This document shows positions 1 through 10,500 of a stretch of DNA of 64,000 bases, one piece after another (position 1 is the stretch's first letter; every line of letters begins with the position of its first letter). The notes beneath the pieces are model-generated. The model was not told the origin of the DNA. It did not search any database and saw only the letters and a program-made list of their open reading frames with translations. The position numbers and the translations under genes were made by a program. Source of the stretch: an uncultured virus (IMG/VR IMGVR_UViG_3300030110_003684) (lineage: Duplodnaviria; Heunggongvirae; Uroviricota; Caudoviricetes); IMG/VR virus record IMGVR_UViG_3300030110_003684. One strand, 5' to 3'.

Positions 1-2
1 AG

Positions 3-185
3 GTTTATCACATCTATGCAAAAGAAGAGTGTTTATACAACAATTTAAGTGAGGGACAATTTAATAAGACATGGGAAACCCTCAAGGGAATGGTTGGTCT
101 AATGAAGACTGATTATGAACTTGAGGATTTGTCATATGAGGAGTTAGTAAAAACCCCCATGGGGGGACACGAACATTCATACTGA
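3..185 (+). CDS. 3' end of hypothetical phage protein (partial, runs off the window start)
   Basis: Open frame VYHIYAKEECLYNN...GGHEHSY ending at TGA 183-185; translated by hand. Confidence 0.6.
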   Translation, partial: VYHIYAKEECLYNNLSEGQFNKTWETLKGMVGLMKTDYELEDLSYEELVKTPMGGHEHSY

Positions 186-209
186 TAGTAGAGGACTGCA
201 AGTCCGATA

Positions 210-238
210 TTGACATACTACATATTACACGTTATAAT
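210..238 (+). promoter_or_regulatory. sigma70-type (host RNAP) promoter
   Basis: Perfect TTGACA(210-215)-N17-TATAAT(233-238), 23 nt upstream of ATG 262. Confidence 0.85.
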
Positions 239-261
239 TGACTTGAAGGTTAATTCAACTT

Positions 262-1029
262 ATGGCTAAAGGATTCACGGTTAAAGCAAAAGCACCCACG
301 AAGAAAGCAGAAGAGTGGGATTATCAAGCAATCAAAGAAAGGATGAGAGGTAAGACAATTGTTTTCTGTCTACCTGGACGTGGATGTTCTTTTACCTTTC
401 TAAAGAACTTTGTACAACTGTGCTTTGATATGGTACAGAATGGTATGAGTATTCAGATTAGTCAAGACTACTCATCAATGGTTAATTTTGCCCGTTGTAA
501 GGTTCTAGGTGCAAATGTATTGCGCGGTCCTAAACAGATTCCTTGGGATGGTAAATTAGAATATGATTATCAGTTATGGATTGATAGTGACATTGTTTTC
601 GATACTAATAAGTTTTGGCAACTATGTGACATGGCAATCAGTGAAGAAGGAGAAGAGAGGGAGATTGTAAGTGGTTGGTATGCAACTGAGGATGGTCACA
701 CAACTTCTGTCGCACACTGGTTAGAAGAAGATGACTTCCGTAAGAATGGTGGAGTAATGAATCATGAAACTGTTGATTCAATTGGCAAGCGTAAGAAACC
801 ATTCACTGTAGACTATACAGGTTTTGGATGGGTATTGATCAAGAAAGGAGTATTTGAGAATCTAGAGTATCCATGGTTTGCCCCTAAGATGCAAGTCTTT
901 GAGTCTGGCAGCGTACAAGACATGTGTGGTGAGGATGTCTCATTCTGTCTTGATGCTAAAGAAGAAGGTATGGATATCTGGTGTGATCCTCGCATTCGCG
1001 TTGGTCACGAAAAAACTCGTGTAATTTAA
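262..1029 (+). CDS. Putative GT-A fold glycosyltransferase-like protein
   Basis: 255 aa; 'VNFARCK', DxD motif 'LWIDSDIVF', 'YTGFGWVLIKKGVF', 'GEDVSFC' and 'VGHEK' are typical of GT2-like phage proteins. Confidence 0.65.
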   Translation: MAKGFTVKAKAPTKKAEEWDYQAIKERMRGKTIVFCLPGRGCSFTFLKNFVQLCFDMVQNGMSIQISQDYSSMVNFARCKVLGANVLRGPKQIPWDGKLEYDYQLWIDSDIVFDTNKFWQLCDMAISEEGEEREIVSGWYATEDGHTTSVAHWLEEDDFRKNGGVMNHETVDSIGKRKKPFTVDYTGFGWVLIKKGVFENLEYPWFAPKMQVFESGSVQDMCGEDVSFCLDAKEEGMDIWCDPRIRVGHEKTRVI

Positions 1030-1042
1030 CTAGGAGATTATT

Positions 1043-1186
1043 ATGGCAGTACGGAAATCATTATCAGGCACAGAGTTTGTGGAGTCGCATCCGAAGAACA
1101 CTCGTCAAGGGAGCGGTAAGCATACAAAATACGCCGCGTCGTCTCGTAATGGGGCAAAGAAAAGATATCGCGGACAGGGTAAATAG
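1043..1186 (+). CDS. Small basic hypothetical protein (47 aa)
   Basis: RBS AGGAG upstream; MAVRKSLSGTEFVESHPKNTRQGSGKHTKYAASSRNGAKKRYRGQGK; fills the gap between flanking genes; below the ORF-track cutoff. Confidence 0.7.
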   Translation: MAVRKSLSGTEFVESHPKNTRQGSGKHTKYAASSRNGAKKRYRGQGK

Positions 1187-1206
1187 TGTAGTTATATGAA
1201 TACATC

Positions 1207-1893
1207 ATGTCAGCACTTATATGCAATCTTCCATCTGTAGAAGTATGGGTTCGTAAAGAATATCTAACTGATCATCAAAGTGGTCATGGTGAATTTGTTA
1301 AAGGCGTCTGGGTATCGGCAAAGTCGATTCCTGGGCGCACTTTTTATTTTGAGACTTATTTACCTGAATATGCTGCAATGTATGATAAGTTACCTATTAG
1401 TGCATTTGTATCTGAACCTGAATTACCTGATCCTGATATGAATTTACCTAATTTACAATTTTGGAATTGTATGGATTATGGTATTGTATCAGTTACTAAG
1501 CAATTTATTGGTAGTATGGACTATGAATTGTATACTCGTGACTATGGTGTACAGAAAGGTACTTACATTTGTACATTAGACAACTATCATCAAGATCCTG
1601 AGGTTGTTGATTATGCAACAAGTGAAAATCCTGCTGAACATAAGTCACATAATCTAATTGAATTGAATAATGGACAGTATGCACTGTATCCAAACAATAG
1701 AATGCGGATTTTTGACAATAGTTTAACACCTGTTGAACCTAAAATGCCTGATTTTAAGGTATCAACTCAATATTATCAGGTTGAAAATGGTTTTGATCGA
1801 CTTGGAATGGGTCGTGAAGACGAATATTTTTGGAAAACAGCAAAAGAACAAGAAAATTCACCAAAAAAGGAGAACAATGATGACCAATCATGA
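1207..1893 (+). CDS. Conserved hypothetical phage protein
   Basis: 228-aa ORF, co-directional, with normal composition. Confidence 0.75.
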   Translation: MSALICNLPSVEVWVRKEYLTDHQSGHGEFVKGVWVSAKSIPGRTFYFETYLPEYAAMYDKLPISAFVSEPELPDPDMNLPNLQFWNCMDYGIVSVTKQFIGSMDYELYTRDYGVQKGTYICTLDNYHQDPEVVDYATSENPAEHKSHNLIELNNGQYALYPNNRMRIFDNSLTPVEPKMPDFKVSTQYYQVENGFDRLGMGREDEYFWKTAKEQENSPKKENNDDQS

Positions 1894-2056
1894 TTTTTTA
1901 GACAATTTAGCAAACGATCAGCATCAAAAAATGCTTCGTGAGATCGCAAATGACGACCAAACTCCCAAAAAACGCGATTCTCGCCAAAATACTGAACTTT
2001 TTGAGACTGAAGAGGAATATACGATTATCCCCCCACAAACATTGAATGAATTTTAA
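1877..2056 (+). CDS. Small hypothetical protein
   Basis: RBS AAGGAG before ATG ATG 1877; MMTNHDFLDNLAND...; this is the C-terminal part of track ORF 1733..2056. Confidence 0.6.
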   Translation: MMTNHDFLDNLANDQHQKMLREIANDDQTPKKRDSRQNTELFETEEEYTIIPPQTLNEF

Positions 2057-2068
2057 TTAAATGCCTTA

Positions 2069-2075
2069 ATAAATA
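2069..2075 (+). promoter_or_regulatory. T4-like late promoter
   Basis: ATAAATA just upstream of gp25. Confidence 0.7.
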
Positions 2076-2096
2076 AGTAATAATCGCCGTATTTTT

Positions 2097-2498
2097 GTGC
2101 CTCTAGAAAGGGTAAGTCAAGGATTTAAGGATATTAGCATGTCATTTAAGGCAAATCCTTTAAATGATGACTTGATTGCGCTTAAAAATGAAAATGCTAT
2201 CTCCAGATCAATTCGTAATATCGTGTTTACAGTTCCTGGAGAAAAGTTTTTTCAAGAGGACTTTGGTTCTGATGTGAGTCAATCCTTATTTGAAAATATT
2301 GATGATATTTCTGCTTCAAATATAAAAGATCAAATTCAAAGATCAATTGTTAATTTTGAAGATAGAGTTAATTTAAGGGAAGTTAAAGTTCTTCCTGACT
2401 TTGATGGAAATACATTTGATGTAATTATTAGATACGACATTGTTGGAGCTGACATCCCACCTCAAGAGTTACAATTCGTCTTGCAGTCAAATAGATAA
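2097..2498 (+). CDS. gp25: Baseplate wedge subunit gp25
   Basis: 'FKDISMSF..NP..DL..LKNENAI.RSIRNIV.T.PGEKFF..DFGS' gp25/GPW signature; GTG start; synteny with gp6. Confidence 0.9.
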   Translation: MPLERVSQGFKDISMSFKANPLNDDLIALKNENAISRSIRNIVFTVPGEKFFQEDFGSDVSQSLFENIDDISASNIKDQIQRSIVNFEDRVNLREVKVLPDFDGNTFDVIIRYDIVGADIPPQELQFVLQSNR

Positions 2499-2500
2499 AA

Positions 2501-4582
2501 ATGCCACTCGCTAATTACACTAACTTAGATTTCGATCAAGTTAAAACAACACTTAAAGATTATCTTAAGTCAAATTCCAATTTTACGGATTATGACTTTG
2601 AAGGGTCGAACCTTTCAACAATTCTTGATGTATTAGCATACAACACTTATATTTCCTCATACAACGCAAACATGGTTGCGAATGAGGTTTTTATTGATAC
2701 TGCAACTTTAAGAGAAAATATTGTTGCTTTAGCAAGAAATATAGGATACGTTCCTAGATCTAAGAAATCATCAAGAGCAACAATTAGTTTTTTTGTAGAT
2801 ACAAGTAATATTTCACCCACACCTGCAACAATAACCCTTCATAAAGGTATTGTAGCAACAACAACCGGCAGTTTTGGAAATCAATCTAAAACATTTTGTA
2901 TTTTAGATGATATTTCAGTCCCCGTATTCAATAATATAGCAAGTTTTGATGATATTTCAATTTATGAGGGAACTTTATTAAGTTCTAATTTTACATATAG
3001 CACTAGAATCCCTAATCAAAAGTTTATTTTACCAAATTCTGGTGTTGACACGTCCCTTATTTCGGTAACTGTAAAAAATAACGAAAATTCTTCTGCTTCA
3101 ACAAAATACTCTAATCAAGATAGTTTATTTGATATTGGTGGAGAGTCAAAAGCATATTTTCTTCAAGAAATCTCCGATGAGAGATATGAAATTTTCTTTG
3201 GAGACAATATATTTGGTAAAGCACTTGAAGAGGGTAATTATATTACTGCAAATTACATTGTATCAGATGGTGACTCTGGAAATGGCATTTCTTCCTTCCA
3301 ATTTTCAGGAAGATTGACGTATACAAGAAACGCACAAACATATACAGTCACATCGGGCATATCCCTCCTAACAACCGGTTTAACGTCCTCTGGGGGCGAT
3401 ACAATCGAGTCTGTGGAGTCTATTCGTAGGTATGCCCCAAGGATCTATGCTGCTCAAAATAGAGCATTAACAGCAAGTGATTATGAAACATTAATTCCAG
3501 CTAAAATTTATCCAGAAACTGAATCTATTTCTGTTTTTGGTGGCGAAGAGTTAATTCCTCCTCAATATGGAAAAGTTTTTATCAGTATCAAACCTAGAAC
3601 AGGTGATTTCCTTCCTAATCTTATAAAGCAGAATATAAAAAGTAAATTAAAGAAATTTGCTGTTGCAGGTATCGTTCCAGAAATACTTGATTTGAAATAT
3701 CTGTATATTGAAGTTGATTCAAAAGTATACTTTAATACAAATAAAGCACAATCACCTGCATTTGTTTCCTCGACAGTACAAACAAATACTAATAAGTATG
3801 CAGAATCAACTGAACTTAACAAATATGGTGCAAGGTTTAAATATAGTAAGTTTTTAAAAATTGTTGATGATAGTCATGAGGCAATAACATCAAACATCAC
3901 TACTCTTCGTATGAGAAGAGATTTAAGAGTTGTTCTAAATGGTTTTGCTGAATATCAAATTGGATTTGGTAATAAGTTCCAAGTAAAGGATCCTGATGGG
4001 TTTAACATCAAAACCTCTGCATTTAGAATTGATGGAATTTCACAAGATGTATACCTAGGAGATTTACCAAGACCTAATAGAGAAACCGGAACTCTTTTCT
4101 TCTTCACTCTTCCTAATGTTGGGTCACAGTCACCATCGATAGTTAGAAGAAATGTCGGTTCGATTGATTATATAAATGGCGTTATTACAATTAATCCTGT
4201 AAATATTCAAGGTGGCATGATAAAAGATGGACAAACAATTATTGAGATTGAATCTACTCCTAGTTCAAATGATGTCATCGGATTACAGGATCTTTATTTG
4301 CAACTAGATATAAGTAACAGTAATTTTGAAACTGTTGTGGATGAAATTTCTTCAGGATTAGATCCTGCAGGATCAAACTATATTGTAACTTCAAGTTATC
4401 CAAACGGTAATCTTGTAAGAGAAGGTGGAAGAGGGTCTATTGTAAGAACTTCTACATCAACAACAACAAGTGCTAGACCGACTACAACAACAACCACAAC
4501 AACATCTGTACCTTCAACTACCGTTAGCACTTCTGGATCATCAACAGGTGGATCTGGATCGGGCGGCGGAAGCGGTTACTAA
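2501..4582 (+). CDS. gp6: Baseplate wedge subunit gp6
   Basis: 'LDFDQVK..LKDYL...FTDYDFEGSNLS.ILDVLAYNT', 'YEIFFGD', 'QNRALTASDY', 'PQYGKVFISIKP'. Confidence 0.93.
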   Translation: MPLANYTNLDFDQVKTTLKDYLKSNSNFTDYDFEGSNLSTILDVLAYNTYISSYNANMVANEVFIDTATLRENIVALARNIGYVPRSKKSSRATISFFVDTSNISPTPATITLHKGIVATTTGSFGNQSKTFCILDDISVPVFNNIASFDDISIYEGTLLSSNFTYSTRIPNQKFILPNSGVDTSLISVTVKNNENSSASTKYSNQDSLFDIGGESKAYFLQEISDERYEIFFGDNIFGKALEEGNYITANYIVSDGDSGNGISSFQFSGRLTYTRNAQTYTVTSGISLLTTGLTSSGGDTIESVESIRRYAPRIYAAQNRALTASDYETLIPAKIYPETESISVFGGEELIPPQYGKVFISIKPRTGDFLPNLIKQNIKSKLKKFAVAGIVPEILDLKYLYIEVDSKVYFNTNKAQSPAFVSSTVQTNTNKYAESTELNKYGARFKYSKFLKIVDDSHEAITSNITTLRMRRDLRVVLNGFAEYQIGFGNKFQVKDPDGFNIKTSAFRIDGISQDVYLGDLPRPNRETGTLFFFTLPNVGSQSPSIVRRNVGSIDYINGVITINPVNIQGGMIKDGQTIIEIESTPSSNDVIGLQDLYLQLDISNSNFETVVDEISSGLDPAGSNYIVTSSYPNGNLVREGGRGSIVRTSTSTTTSARPTTTTTTTTSVPSTTVSTSGSSTGGSGSGGGSGY

Positions 4583-4597
4583 TCAAATAAGGATAAA

Positions 4598-7500
4598 ATG
4601 TCAGAGAAAAGAATTAAAATCAATTCCATTGTAAAAAATCAAGTTCCTCAATATGTAAGAGAGGACTATCCTTTAGTAACCGAATTTTTAAAACAATATT
4701 ATATCGCTCAAGAATATCAAGGAGCTCCTCTTGATTTACTACAGAATATTGATAAGTACGTCAAAATAGATGAGACAACAAACTTATCAACGTCTGTTGG
4801 ATTAAGTACAGTTCTTAATTCATTTGAAAATATCATTAGTATTGATCTTTCAAAAGATCCTAGTGGAACTGATGGGTTCCCTGATTCGTATGGTCTTTTG
4901 AAGATCGATAATGAAATTATTACTTATACTGGAAAAACAAAATCGACATTCACTGGATGCGTAAGAGGTTTTAGTGGTATTACATCTTATTCATCTTCTT
5001 CAAATCCTGAGCAGTTAGTCTTTGATACAAGTGTTGGTGCTGCACATACTTTTGGATCTAGAGTTGAAAATTTATCAAATTTATTTTTAAAAGAGTTTTT
5101 AACTAAAACTAAATCTCAAATTTTACCAGGACTCGAAGAACGGTCGTTTAATGAAAATTTAAATCAAAATGTTTTTCTTAAAAATTCAAAAGATTTTTAT
5201 CTAAGTAAAGGAACTGATAGATCTTATGAAATTTTATTTAAAGCACTTTACGCGGAAAATGTTAAAATTGTAAGACCCGGTGAATTTTTATTCACTCCTT
5301 CAAATGCTCAATATAATGTAACTAATGATCTGGTCGTAGAACCAATTAAGGGTGATCCAGTCAACCTTGAGTTAATGAGTCTTTTTCAAGATGCATATGA
5401 TGATCAAGAAAGAGCATATGCTCCAATATCCAATGTTGAAACCATTATTACGGGCACTGGTCAAACATTCTATAGATTAAGTGTAGACGCTGGATCCAAT
5501 AAAGACATTAGAGTCGATGGGTCAATTTACGGTGCTTTTGGAGTTCAACCAAAAACAAGACTGATTGGTAATGCTGGAATTGGTCTGACTGTACTTGATG
5601 TTGATTCAACTATCGGTTTTGCAACTAGTGGGACATTATTTGTAACATTTAATGATACTTCAACAGGAATAGTTTCATATACCTCAAAATCAAATAATCA
5701 ATTTTTCGGTGTTAATGGAGTAGATAAACCTATTCTTGATTCTGCTATTGTAGGAGTGAATACATTTGCTTACGGTAGGTCAAAAAATAATTTTGATGAA
5801 ACAATTGAAGTAAGAATAAACAATGTAATTGCTGATTGCGAGCATCCAGATACATATCATCAAGGTCTTGATGATACTATTTTAATCAAAACCTTAGGTA
5901 TTGGTAATACTACATTCAAATATAGAAATTGGTATTATAACACTGCACCCTCATATAATGTCGCATCTTTTACGTTAATAGACTCATCAGATAATACATA
6001 TCGCCTGTATCTTAACAAGGATCATTATTTTAAAGTTGGTGACAGAATAACTTTAAATGGAAATGTTTCAGGTGATAAACCATTATCTACAGTTACTAAA
6101 ATTATTACAGAAAGATCTGTATTGGTAAAAGGTCAGGGAGAGTTGAATAGTGCAGAAAAATTTATTGCAAAACGATCCCTCTTAAAAGCAGAATCAAATA
6201 ACTTTCCAGGTGCTGCTGTATATTCTGCAAACGTACAAAATTTATATAAGAAAAAGTATGAAGATGATATCATTGTAGCATCATCATCCATACCATTTTA
6301 CAATGCTAATTCTTTAAATGTAACATCTAGATCGGTTGAATTTTCTGGAACCTTTATTGGTGATGAATTTGAAATTATCCTTACCGGAGATCATGGTTTT
6401 TTCACTGGAGATGCTTTATATTACACTCCAGAAACAGTAGAAGAGACATCTACTAATAGACAAACAGGAATAACAACTACTAAATCGGTTCTTGGATCAA
6501 CACTATTTGATGGTAATGATGGTGGAGAGGGTTTATATTTTGTAGAAAGAGTTTCTCCCAGAAAAATCAAACTGGCAAAAAGTAGAACGGAACTCTATAA
6601 TCAAAATTATATTACTCTTGAAAGTTCTACTCCTGTCACAAAGAACAAATTTGACTTATATGATTTTAGAAAAAGAACTTTAGAGACACAAAAACTTTAT
6701 AGAAAAATATCAGAACCAATAGCAGCAGATGGTGTAAACGTAACTAATCCAGGTTTTACTGGTATTTTAGTCAATGGTGTTGAAATTTTAAACTACAAAT
6801 CGAAAGATGTAGTTAAGTATGGAGAGATTAAAAAGGTAGACGTATTAAATGGTGGTGATGGATATGATGTGATTAATCCTCCAGTACTTAGTATTAATGA
6901 TTCAGTAGGAGTGGGGGCAACGGGAACTATTTCTGTTTCTGGAGTTTTAGAAGAAATTAGATTAATAGATCCTGGATTTGACTATCAAGAAACTCCAAGA
7001 ATTACAATTACTGGTGGTAATGGTAATGGTGCTGAGGCATCTGTTTCACTTAAGAGCACTGAACACAAAATTTCATTTAAATCCGATCCTATAGCAGGTA
7101 GTGTTGGTTTAGGAACCACGGGAACTTTACCATCCACTATTGGATTTGGAACATTCCATAAGTTTAAAACTGGAGAAAAAGTCCTTTACATCTCAGACAA
7201 CCAAACAGTGGTTGGTGGACTTACAACTAATACATCTTATTTTATTTCTCAGGTTGGATTAACAACAATAAGATTGCATCCTACTCAAGCAGATGCAGTA
7301 TCTGGTATTAATACGATTGTTTTATCTTCATATGGTTCTGGTATTCAATTCTTTAAAGCTATTGAAAATAAAAAAATAATTGAATCCATAACGGTTATTT
7401 CTGGTGGAGAGGGGTATCAAAATAATAAAAGAGCAATCACTCCAGCAGGAATCAATACTGCATCTAATGTTTTCAATGTAATCAATCACGATTTTAATTC

Positions 7501-10500
7501 TGGTGATATTATCAATTACACTTGTAATGGAACATCACCGACTGGACTGACAACTAACACGCAATATTATATTACAAAAATTAGTGATGATAGTTTTAAG
7601 TTATCTAATGTAGGAGTAACTACTAATAAAGATAGTTTCTTTAAAACAAAAAGATATGTTGATATTTCTTCGGTTGGTGTAGGAACACATTTCTTTAATT
7701 ATCCAGACATTGAAGTTTCTCTTATTGGAAGAGTTGGTTTAGCATCAACTGGAAATACTAATTTTGAAGCAAAAATACAACCTATTTTTAGAGGTCAAAT
7801 TACATCAATTGACTTGACTGAAAATGGTGTTGGTTATGGTGCTTCTGAAATAATAAATTTTGAAAGACTTCCCAATATCACCGCTGGTGTTGGATCTGAT
7901 GCACAATTACTACCAATAATTAAAAATGGTTCAATAGAAGAGATTGTTGTTGAGAATAATGGAACTGGATATTTCTCTATTCCAGATGTTTTAGTGAATG
8001 GAGATGGATTTGGTGCTGTAGTTACTCCTGTATTAAAAACTGTTGGATCTGGGTCTTCAGAAACAAAAGCAATTGATTATATCAAAGTAATTTCTGGTGG
8101 TACAAATTACACACAAAACACAACAACTGTATCGGTTGTATCAGCAGGATCTGGTGCCCAATTCTTTCCACTCATTCAAGAATGGAGAATCAATTTAGTT
8201 AATAGATTTTTTGAAACTGCAAAAGTGACATCTGACGATGGATTTATCTCTAGAGGAACAAATAGTGCGTATGGACTGCAATATGCCCACCTATACGCTC
8301 CTAGACCCCTTAGAGAAAGTCTTAATCCCACTGATCAAGTTGGCAATGTTATATACAGAAAAAATGATATTGTTAAAGTAAATGGAATTGAGGTAGAGTC
8401 TAGCAATCACTCACCAATTATCGGATGGGCATATGACGGAAATCCAATCTATGGACCTTACGGATTTTCTGGTAAAAATGGTGGAGTTGTTACCCAGATG
8501 AAGTCTGGATATAACGAAGATTCACTTAGCAAATCTCAAAGACCTCCAGTCACTGTTTTTCCGGGAGGATACTTTGTTGAAGACTACACTTACAAAAATA
8601 TAGTTGACGAATCTGTACTTGACAAAAATAATGGAAGATTCTGTGTAACCCCAGAATTTCCTAATGGTACATATGCATATTTTGCGACTATTGACGATTC
8701 TCTTGCTCAAGGCCAGGGTTCAGTTTTTTCTGGATATAAATTACCAGTTTTCCCATATCTCGTAGGTGAGTCATTTCATTCTAAGTTAGATCAATTTAAT
8801 TTAAGTGCAGAATCAAATCAAGATGTGTATAAAATCGAAGATTTTGATTATTGTAGAAATACTGATCCTTACAATTTGATAGATGGTGATGTTTCATATT
8901 CATATGTCACAACACCTAATAATCTTGATCAAAAAGTTGAAGTTTTAGCAGTAACTCCAGGAAAAGTTGAAAAAATTGGTATTGAAACTGGTGGAGATGG
9001 ATATAAAGTTGGTGATAAAATTCAATTCAACAATGACAACACAAAAGGAACTAATGCAATTGCTAAAGTCGCAACATTAAAAGGAAAACAAGTTGAAAGT
9101 GTAAGTGTTGCCACAAGCACAATTAACAATGTTGAAATTTATCCAGGATCGAAAGATCAGTATATTATTTCAGCAGATAATCCTCATAACTTTAAGAAAT
9201 TTGACAATATCGTTATATCAGGATTATCAACAACGTCCTCTAAGATTGGAGGATTTTATTCCGCAGGAATATCTTCAAATAGATTGACAATAGTAGGTGT
9301 TGGCACATTATCATCAGGAATTGGTTCAGTTGGAGTAACTGGTATCGTTACTCACGTTAGAGTCACTGGTAATTTAAATTATCCACAAATAAAAGAAAAT
9401 GACATTCTTAGTGTTGGAACTGAGCAGGTAAAAGTATTAAATGTTGATATATTAAATTCAAGAATAAGAGTTCTTAGAGGTATTAATGGTGTAGTAGGTG
9501 CATCTCACACTGTTACAAGTATTCTTCTTGAAGACCCAAGAAGACTAACCATATCTGCAGGATTTAATACAACGTATGCTCCTAGATTAAATAAACAAAT
9601 TTATTTTAACCCATCTGAGAGTGTAGGACTCGGAACAGCAGTTGGAGTTGGTATTGGGTCTACAATTGTATTTTCTAATCCTGGTGCCGGAATTACAAGA
9701 GTTGATATTCCAACTAAAGGAATTTACATTAAGGATCATGGATTACAGACTGGAGATCAATTAACATACTCTCCAGGAAATGGGAGCGGTATAGATGTTT
9801 TAAATATCGTTGGTGCAGCGTCAACTCTTGCAGATAGTCAAACTTTATTTGCGGCTAGAATTTCAAATGACGTAATTGGAGTTGCAACTGTCAAAGTTGG
9901 AATAGGAACAACTGGATCATTTGTTGGAATTGCTTCCACTCAAAGGAACATTAGCACTCTTTTCTTTGCTGGATTTGGAACAGGAGTTTATCATAGTTTC
10001 AAAACTAATTTTTCTGTCATCACGGCAAAACTAGAGAGAAATCAAGTTACAGTACAAACCAAACAAGCACATGGTATTCAAGGTAGACATGAGGTTGACA
10101 TTGATGTAAGTCCATCAATCTCCACTACTGTAACGTTAAAATATAATGATTTTAACAGAAGAGTAATTGTAAATCCAAAAGATTTTGCTGCAGATGGTGT
10201 TAATACATCAACAAATACAATTACAATTAATAATCATGGTTATGAAACTGGCGAAAAAATTATTCATACCGCTTCAATTCCTGCGATAGGTCTTTCAAAT
10301 AACGCAATTTATTACATAGTTAAAGTTGATAAGAATTCATTCAAACTTTCAAATACAGAATATGAATCCAAATTAGATAAACCACAAACTGTTGGAATTG
10401 CTAGTACTTCATCAGGAACAATTAATGCAATCAATCCAAAAATTGATGTGTATAAAGAATCTACAGTTGAATTTGATTTATCTGATCCTTCACTTTCTTA

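Noticed and set aside
154..165. Perfect palindrome CCCCCATGGGGG
   Set aside because: Lies in a coding frame (T-P-M-G-G), has no loop or U-tract, and occurs once
1733..1876. N-terminal extension of track ORF 1733..2056
   Set aside because: Overlaps the 228-aa gene; the RBS supports a start at 1877
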